From assembly GCA_041676665.1 (NCBI GenBank), contig JBAYRM010000001.1, positions 1 to 62,855 of the forward strand: a DNA stretch of 62,855 nt. Reading direction: 5' to 3'. The position numbers and the translations under genes are program-made. Shown piece after piece: positions 56,850-62,855 of this stretch; position 1 is the first letter of the stretch, and each line of letters starts with the position of its first letter. A model generated the notes under the pieces. It was not told the origin of the DNA. It saw only the letters and a list, made by a program, of their open reading frames with translations, and did not search any database. Origin of the DNA: Trueperaceae bacterium. GTDB lineage: Bacteria > Deinococcota > Deinococci > Deinococcales > Trueperaceae.

Positions 56850-57755
56850 TCAGTCCAGACCCGCCGCGGTGCGCAGGTCGTGAACCTCGGTCATGGTCAG
56901 CATCTGGCCGCGCAGCGCCTCGACCTCCGCGGAGGTGTAAGGCACGAAGTCCGGCGCCAGTGCGTCGTTACCCCAGGAGGTCATGACGTAGTTCGAGATC
57001 GACGCGATGGTGGCGTCATCCAGGTGCAGGTGCGGGGTCATGATGCCGTTGTAAGGCATGCCGTCCACCGTGATAGCGCCTTGCAACCCGAACAGGATCG
57101 TGGTCGGAATGAGGTCGCGGTCCGCCGCGTACACCTCAGGCGCGTGGCCCACCAGCGGCGGGAAGGCGCCCACGACGCCCATGCCGGTAGCCTGATGGCA
57201 CGCCATGCAAGTACCCAGGAAGGCGGTCTCGCCGTCGGGCAGGACCTCGGCCGGCGCGGCCGACACGGGGGTCGGGTCCGCGGCCGGGGCGTCGGCGGCG
57301 GGCTCCGCAGTGGCGGGCTCCGCAGTGGCGGGTTCCGCAGCCGTGGGCTCCTCAGCAGCAGGTTCCGCAGCAGGCTCCGCGGCGGCGGGCTCTTCGGCCG
57401 CCGCGGGAGCGGCCGGGGCTGCGGGAGCGGCCGGCGCAGCTGCCGCCGTGCCGTAGAAGCCGGGGTTTTGCACGCCCCGCTCGGCTACCAGCTCGATGGC
57501 GCGGTTGATGTCGATGGTGGCGCGGTCGCCGTCAACCGAGTAACCGCTCAGGTCGTCGGTGGCGTTGGCCAGGTGCTGCTCGAACTGCGAGGTGTCCAGC
57601 GGCTGGAAGCGCCCCTGCGGCCTGGAGGACGCCAGGAACAGGAGCACCACGATGGCGGCGATCATGCCGACGGTGCCCAGCGCCACGGCCAGCCGGACCT
57701 GCTGAGGGCTGAACATGTACTGGCGCGTCTTCTGGAAGGGGGAGCGCTCAGGCAT
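56850..57755 (-). CDS. membrane-anchored monoheme c-type cytochrome with a long Ala/Pro/Glu linker, last gene of the ACIII operon
   Basis: 301 aa. N-terminal TM helix VALGTVGMIAAIVVLLFL. Linker at aa 103-167. Heme motif CMACH (nt 57195-57209). 8-nt overlap with actF. Confidence 0.8.
   Translation of the reverse strand: MPERSPFQKTRQYMFSPQQVRLAVALGTVGMIAAIVVLLFLASSRPQGRFQPLDTSQFEQHLANATDDLSGYSVDGDRATIDINRAIELVAERGVQNPGFYGTAAAAPAAPAAPAAPAAAEEPAAAEPAAEPAAEEPTAAEPATAEPATAEPAADAPAADPTPVSAAPAEVLPDGETAFLGTCMACHQATGMGVVGAFPPLVGHAPEVYAADRDLIPTTILFGLQGAITVDGMPYNGIMTPHLHLDDATIASISNYVMTSWGNDALAPDFVPYTSAEVEALRGQMLTMTEVHDLRTAAGLD
57255..57449 (-). repeat. in-frame low-complexity tandem repeat encoding the (A/P/E/T)-rich linker AAPAAPAAPAAPAAAEEPAAAEPAAEPAAEEPTAAEPATAEPATAEPAADAPAADP
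   Basis: Visible repeats such as gggctccgcagtggcgggctccgcagtggcgggttccgcag on the plus strand. Confidence 0.8.
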
Positions 57756-58941
57756 GATGCTCGGCCACCACCTTCACCAGCCGCGGGTCGTTGGCGGGCA
57801 GAACGTTGCGGGCTCCCAGCGCGCGGGCGTACAGCGCAACCCAGATGCCGACCATGCCGACCGTTAGCAGCACGTCGATCAGCGTGAGCTGCGCGCCGCT
57901 GCGCTGGAACTCCGGAGCGAGGATCCAGTAGATGTTCATGAGCTGCACCACGAGCGCCCACACGGCCACGATGCTGAGTGCGCGCCGGCGGCGCTTGACC
58001 CACCTGGAGAACAGGATCATGAACGGGGCGAAGAAGCCGAAGAAGAGGATGAACGCGCTGAAACCAACCCAGTCCGGGCCGAGGCGCGAGTAGTACCAGG
58101 TAGCCGTTTCCGACACGTTGTTCGACCACTGGATGATGAGCTGCGAGATGTGCGTGTAGGCCCAGAACATGGTCACGGCCATGAGGAGGTTGCCCAGGTC
58201 CTGCAGGCGCTTGGGGGTGAGCAGCTTGTCGATGGTGGGGTTCACCTTGGCCAACGCGACCATGACCAGGATTATCAGCGCCAGCGCGCTGATGACCTGG
58301 CTGGCCATGAGGATGCCGGGGTAGATTCCCGAGAACCACGTGGGGGTGACGGACATGGCCCAGTCGAACGCCGCGAAGGTCATGGAGAGGATGTAAAGCA
58401 CCACCCACAGGCCCGCCATACTCTTCATGCGGTAACCGGCCCGGCCCGCCTGCGACTCTACCGACGTCTCGTCCTGGCGCCGGCTGAGCGAGCGGTACAG
58501 GAACGCGCCTAGCGTCCAGATGGCGAACACGGCAACGGCGCGCGCGATGAAGAACGGCGTGTTGAGGTACGCGGTCTTGGCTTCCACCATGGGCCAGGCG
58601 GCCACGAAGGCCGGGTCGGTCCAGGGGTAGAGGTCCTTCATAGCGAAGAGGATGGGTATGAACAGCAGCGCCAGCAGCGGTATGAGCGACACCGCCGCCT
58701 CCAGCGGCCTGAGGATCAGGGCGCCCCACGAACCGCCGGCTAGGTGCACCACGAACACGAGCATGAGGCTGCCGAGCGAGAGGCCCAGGATGAACATGTA
58801 GCTCATCAGGTACGACTCGAAGAAGCTGCCCGCCGTGGTGAAGCCCAGGATGGCGGCTCCTGCCAGGGCTATCAGGCCGACCACCAGGGCGCCGAGCTGC
58901 AGCTTGCCGGTGTCGATGGGGGGAAGTTTCAGTGCGTTCAC
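57748..58941 (-). CDS. actF: Alternative Complex III subunit ActF (NrfD-like membrane protein)
   Basis: 397 aa polytopic membrane protein following actE. The GTG start overlaps the actE stop. Confidence 0.8.
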   Translation of the reverse strand: MNALKLPPIDTGKLQLGALVVGLIALAGAAILGFTTAGSFFESYLMSYMFILGLSLGSLMLVFVVHLAGGSWGALILRPLEAAVSLIPLLALLFIPILFAMKDLYPWTDPAFVAAWPMVEAKTAYLNTPFFIARAVAVFAIWTLGAFLYRSLSRRQDETSVESQAGRAGYRMKSMAGLWVVLYILSMTFAAFDWAMSVTPTWFSGIYPGILMASQVISALALIILVMVALAKVNPTIDKLLTPKRLQDLGNLLMAVTMFWAYTHISQLIIQWSNNVSETATWYYSRLGPDWVGFSAFILFFGFFAPFMILFSRWVKRRRRALSIVAVWALVVQLMNIYWILAPEFQRSGAQLTLIDVLLTVGMVGIWVALYARALGARNVLPANDPRLVKVVAEHHA

Positions 58942-59531
58942 CGTGCGGCCTCCGTGGTGCTCAACTGGCTGAGGACTTCGGCCGGAACGTCGGTGATGGA
59001 GGCGTTCTGGCTCAGCTGCAGCGCCTTGATGTAAGCGGCGACGGCCCAGCGGTCCTCAGGCTTGATGCGTGAGGCGTAACTGTACATGCGGCCGAAACCG
59101 TTGGTCATGGCGTTGAAGAAGTAGCCGACGGGCGAGTCGAGGAGCCGCTGCTCCGAGGTGAACGACACCGGCTGCGGGAAGCCGCGCGTGATGATCATGC
59201 CCATGCCGTCGCCGTTGTAGTTGTGGCACGGCGCGCAGTAGATGTCGAAGCGCTCCTGCCCCCTCAGCAGCAGGTCGGTGTTGAGCTCCACCGGCAGCTC
59301 CGTCAGGAAGCCCGTGGGGCCAAGACCCGTGAGGAAGGTGGGCTCAAGCGCCCCGCGTTCGCGCGAGACGGTGTTGGCGGGGATGGGGCGCATGGCGCTG
59401 CCGTCCGCGAAGAACTGGCTCGACTCGAAGGCGTCGGCGCGCGGCTGGTCGAACATGTTCCGGCCGCACGAGGTTAGCGCGAGCGTGACGAGCGCCACGG
59501 CAGCCAGTAGGCGCCAGGTCTTGCCTCTCAT
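58938..59531 (-). CDS. actE: Alternative Complex III subunit ActE (monoheme cytochrome c lipoprotein)
   Basis: Lipobox LALTSC, single heme motif CAPCH, and C-terminal RMYSYASRIKPEDRWAVAAYIKALQ, typical of ActE. Confidence 0.85.
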   Translation of the reverse strand: MRGKTWRLLAAVALVTLALTSCGRNMFDQPRADAFESSQFFADGSAMRPIPANTVSRERGALEPTFLTGLGPTGFLTELPVELNTDLLLRGQERFDIYCAPCHNYNGDGMGMIITRGFPQPVSFTSEQRLLDSPVGYFFNAMTNGFGRMYSYASRIKPEDRWAVAAYIKALQLSQNASITDVPAEVLSQLSTTEAAR

Positions 59532-60085
59532 CGCTCCACCTCCGAGATGCGCTCAGGTCCCAGCGCCTCGAGGAAGGCGCGGGTGTGGTCGACGTCGAAC
59601 TTCGGGTCGCGCGCTTCGATGGAGAGGAAGAACTTATCGCGTGAAGCGTGCTCGAAGCCCGGCGTGTTGAAGATCGAGTGGTAGGGGCGGGGCAGTCCGT
59701 TGCGGAGGATCATGCCAAGCCCGGCGGTGAGGCCCGCGGAGAGGATGGTGAACTCGTACATGATGATGATGAAGTTGGGCCAGCTGTTGAGCGGCCTACC
59801 GCCGATGTTGAGCGGGTAGTAGGTGGTGGACGACCACCACTGCAGGAAGAAGCCGCCGAGCCCGCCCAGGATGCCCACGATGAGCACCACCCAACCGAGG
59901 TTGGTAGGGCGCATGCCGAGGTCCTCGTCGAGGCCCTCGACGGGGAACGGCGTGTACGCGTCGGTGCGGGTGTAGCCGGCTTTACGCGTGCGCGCAGCGG
60001 CCTCCCGGATGTCTTCCACCGTGTCGAACTGCGCGACCAGCGCGTACAGTGGTTCGGTCTTGCGGCCCAAGGTAACGCTGCTCAT
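59528..60085 (-). CDS. actD: Alternative Complex III subunit ActD (DUF3341)
   Basis: YALVAQFDTVEDIREAAARTRKAGYTRTDAYTPFPVEGLDEDLG followed by two TM helices. Confidence 0.85.
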   Translation of the reverse strand: MSSVTLGRKTEPLYALVAQFDTVEDIREAAARTRKAGYTRTDAYTPFPVEGLDEDLGMRPTNLGWVVLIVGILGGLGGFFLQWWSSTTYYPLNIGGRPLNSWPNFIIIMYEFTILSAGLTAGLGMILRNGLPRPYHSIFNTPGFEHASRDKFFLSIEARDPKFDVDHTRAFLEALGPERISEVER

Positions 60086-61518
60086 GCGGTCTCCTCGGCG
60101 TGGTAGTAATCCATCCTTATCTTCTCGAAGGCGTCAGAGCCGTGATGGTGATCGTGGTAGGCGGTCTCCTTGGTTTCGGCCGTGGCGATAGACGGCAGCA
60201 GGCGGATGAACACGAAGAAGAGCGTGCTGAAGAGCCCCAGGCTGCCGATGAAGAGCGACCAGTCCCAGAAGGTTGAGACGAAGTCGCCCCACGACGAGGG
60301 CAGGAAGTCGCGCGTGAGCGACACCACGAAGATCACGAAGCGCTCGAGCCACATGCCTACGCTGACCGCGATGGAGATGAGGAACAGCGCCCACGGGCTC
60401 TGCCTGACCTTGCGGAACCACAGCGGCTGGATGGCGATGAAGTTGCAGAAGATCAGCGCCCAGAAGTACTTGCCGTGCGGACCGAACATGCGGTTCCAGA
60501 TCATGTACCGCTCGGCCTCGACGCCCGAGTACCAGGCGATGAAGATCTCGATGAAGTAGCCGTACACCACGATCATGCCGGTGGCCAGCATGAGCTTGGC
60601 GGCGTTGTCGAGGTGCCGCAGCGTGATCAGATGCTCGAAGTGCAGCGCCTTGCGGAGCGGCACCGCCAGGATGAGCACCATGGCGAAGCCGGCGAACACC
60701 GCGCCAGCCACGAAGTAGGGCGGCATGATGGTGTTGTTCCAGCCGGGCAGCTGCGCCACGGCGAAGTCCATGGCGATGGTGGAGTGCACGCTGAGCACGA
60801 GCGGGAAGCTGAGGGCCGCCAGCAGCAGGTAGGCGCGCTGGTAGCGCTGCCACGCCTTGGTGGAGCCGCTCCAGCCGAGGGCCAGGGTGCCGTACAGCAG
60901 GCGCTGGAAGCCGTTCCTGGCGTTATCGCGCAGCGACGCGAGGTCGGGGATGAGGCCGATGAACCAGAACACCAGCGAGATCGTGAAGTACGTGCCGATG
61001 GCGAAGAGGTCCCAGTCGAGCGGGCTGCGGAACTGCGGGAACAGGCCGAAGGTGTTGGGGTAGGGCACGAGCCAGTAGAAGACCCACGGGCGGCCCAGGT
61101 GGAGGATGGGGTAGAGGCCGGCGCAAACCACCGCGAAGATGGTCATGGCCTCCGCGAAGCGGTTGACCGTGGTGCGCCACGGCTGCCGGAACAGCAGCAG
61201 TGCCGCGGAGATGAGCGTACCGGCGTGACCGATACCGATCCACCACACGAAGTTGATGATCGGCATGCCCCACGCCACCGGGATGTTGTTACCGAAGATG
61301 CCGATGCCGGTGGTGATGAGCTTGACCACCGACACCAGGTACATGACCAGCAGCGCGGCGCTGATGCCGAAGCCTATCCACCACCACGTCGGGGTCTTGT
61401 CGACCCCGGCCAGTACGGGCGTCAGGACGCGGTCGTCGATGCCGCCGTAGGTCTCGCCCGGTCTGATGACGCGGTTGGTCTCCGGGTAAACCTTGATGTT
61501 GCCTGTCTCTAGCGCCAT
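60082..61518 (-). CDS. actC: Alternative Complex III subunit ActC (NrfD/PsrC-like quinol-interacting membrane subunit)
   Basis: Start moved to ATG 61518 (MALETGNIKVYPETN...), sharing 1 nt with the actB stop. About 10 TM helices. The ORF-track N-terminal extension overlaps actB. Confidence 0.88.
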   Translation of the reverse strand: MALETGNIKVYPETNRVIRPGETYGGIDDRVLTPVLAGVDKTPTWWWIGFGISAALLVMYLVSVVKLITTGIGIFGNNIPVAWGMPIINFVWWIGIGHAGTLISAALLLFRQPWRTTVNRFAEAMTIFAVVCAGLYPILHLGRPWVFYWLVPYPNTFGLFPQFRSPLDWDLFAIGTYFTISLVFWFIGLIPDLASLRDNARNGFQRLLYGTLALGWSGSTKAWQRYQRAYLLLAALSFPLVLSVHSTIAMDFAVAQLPGWNNTIMPPYFVAGAVFAGFAMVLILAVPLRKALHFEHLITLRHLDNAAKLMLATGMIVVYGYFIEIFIAWYSGVEAERYMIWNRMFGPHGKYFWALIFCNFIAIQPLWFRKVRQSPWALFLISIAVSVGMWLERFVIFVVSLTRDFLPSSWGDFVSTFWDWSLFIGSLGLFSTLFFVFIRLLPSIATAETKETAYHDHHHGSDAFEKIRMDYYHAEETA

Positions 61519-62855
61519 CAGCCGACCGCCTCGCTTGGATTCTTGACCTTGGCCAGGTACGTGGTGCGCGGGAAGGTCTGCAGCTCTTCGAGCATGGCGT
61601 AGTTGAGGGACGAGCTCTTGACCGCCGCGATTCGAGAGGTCGGGTCGTTGAGGTCGCCGAACACGATGGCCTGGGTGGGGCACGCAGCCTGGCAGGCCGT
61701 GACCACTTCGCCGTCCGCGATGCGGCGGTCCTCGTTGGAGGCGTCGATGCGGGCCATCGAGATGCGCTGCGTGCAGTAGGTGCACTTCTCCATGACGCCG
61801 CGACTGCGCACGGTTACGTCGGGGTTGTTAGCCAGCGACAGCTCGGTGGCGTCGGTGGCGAGTTCGGCGTACTGCAGCCAGTTGAAGCGGCGCACCTTGT
61901 AGGGGCAGTTGTTGGAGCAGTAGCGGGTGCCCACGCAGCGGTTGTAGACCATGACGTTCAGGCCTTCGCTGTCGTGCACCGTGGCGCCTACCGGGCAGAC
62001 GGGCTCGCAGGGAGCCTTCTCGCATTGCTGGCACGGCATGGGCTGGCTGAAGAACTCGGGCTCGTCGATCGAGCCGCCATAGTAGCTGTCGACGCGGATC
62101 CAGTGCATCTCGCGCCCGACCGCCACCTGGTCCTTGCCAACGATGGGGATGTTGTTCTCGGACTGGCACGCGACCACGCAGGCGTTACAGCCGGTGCACA
62201 CGGTCTGGTCGATGACCATGCCCCACTTGTAGCCGCTGTACTCGAAGTCGGGGAACAGGTCGGCGTGGATGTGCGGTACGGGGTGCACGAAGCTGAGTTC
62301 GTCGGGGTTGGCCACCATGTCGCGGAACTCCTGAACGGTCCCGGAGCGCACGATGTGGCGGGCGTCGCCAGTACCTTCCAGCGAGTGGTGGATCTGGGTG
62401 CTGACCAGCTTGTGGCTGCCGGCGACCTTGCTGACCGACACGCCTATAGCGCCGTCGGTGCTCAGGTCGAGGAGCTCGTAGCCGTTGACGCCAACGTTGT
62501 TACCGACGTTGCCTGCCGCTGTGCGGCCGTAGCCGAGCGGCAGAGTGATGGCGCCAGCCGCCTGGCCGGGCTGGATCCAGACGGGAGCGGTTACCTCGCG
62601 ACCGCCGGCGGCGAGCCGGATGAGGTCGCCCGTCTTGACGCCGAGCTCCTCAGCGGTGGCGGGCGCCACCAGTGCGGCGTTGTCCCACGTGAGCTTGCTG
62701 AGCGGCCGCGGCAGCTCCTGCAGCCAGCCGTTGTTCGCGAAGCGTCCGTCGAGGATGGCGGAGTCCGGCACCAGGCTGAGCTCGTACTGCGACGACTGCG
62801 GCAGCGTGACGTTCGCCTGCGGGGTGGGGATAGCGACGACCGGGCTGTTGGAGCC
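61518..62855 (-). CDS. actB: Alternative Complex III subunit ActB, 5'-truncated by the window edge (molybdopterin-like domain C-terminus plus 4Fe-4S domain)
   Basis: The frame is open from 62771 to the window end. Cysteine clusters CTGCNACVVAC, CQQCEKAPCEPVCP, CVGTRYCSNNCP and CTYCTQRI. Confidence 0.88.
   Translation of the reverse strand, partial: GSNSPVVAIPTPQANVTLPQSSQYELSLVPDSAILDGRFANNGWLQELPRPLSKLTWDNAALVAPATAEELGVKTGDLIRLAAGGREVTAPVWIQPGQAAGAITLPLGYGRTAAGNVGNNVGVNGYELLDLSTDGAIGVSVSKVAGSHKLVSTQIHHSLEGTGDARHIVRSGTVQEFRDMVANPDELSFVHPVPHIHADLFPDFEYSGYKWGMVIDQTVCTGCNACVVACQSENNIPIVGKDQVAVGREMHWIRVDSYYGGSIDEPEFFSQPMPCQQCEKAPCEPVCPVGATVHDSEGLNVMVYNRCVGTRYCSNNCPYKVRRFNWLQYAELATDATELSLANNPDVTVRSRGVMEKCTYCTQRISMARIDASNEDRRIADGEVVTACQAACPTQAIVFGDLNDPTSRIAAVKSSSLNYAMLEELQTFPRTTYLAKVKNPSEAVG

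Overview
Very GC-rich, densely coding chromosomal segment, roughly two-thirds G+C by eye (not computed). I call about 58 protein-coding genes. I found no rRNA, tRNA, CRISPR array, transposase or integrase. Most content is housekeeping: argB, tpiA, lon, argS, recJ, mnmA, rluD-like, plsX, trmB, pgeF, trxB and gyrB. There is also a peptide-type ABC importer locus, several peptidases and SDR/amidohydrolase enzymes. Several traits suggest a Deinococcus-Thermus-like lineage (inference, no search run): a Thermus-like ArgRS N-terminus, TrmB with a long C-terminal extension, a HAIR-type operator at lon, and many -10 hexamers directly in front of start codons. Loci that deserve follow-up: (1) an apparently leaderless lptF-lptG-lptD-like operon ending in a translationally coupled 417-aa lipoprotein of unknown family; (2) the 3' part of an Alternative Complex III operon (actB partial, actC, actD, actE, actF) followed by a tethered membrane cytochrome c; (3) a PAS/GGDEF/EAL protein whose first PAS domain looks like a cysteine-less LOV domain and whose GGDEF motif is degenerate; (4) an 820-aa ABC-F protein with an extra C-terminal domain; (5) a P-loop kinase (2-phosphoglycerate-kinase-like) preceded by three ATP-cone-like repeats; (6) an ABC-2 exporter coupled to a SPOR protein; (7) a 58-codon ORF missed by the 60-aa ORF track. 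I saw no clear-cut new defence or mobile system, and most of the window is ordinary core genome. All domain calls rest on motif recognition by eye. No alignments, HMM searches or folding computations were run.
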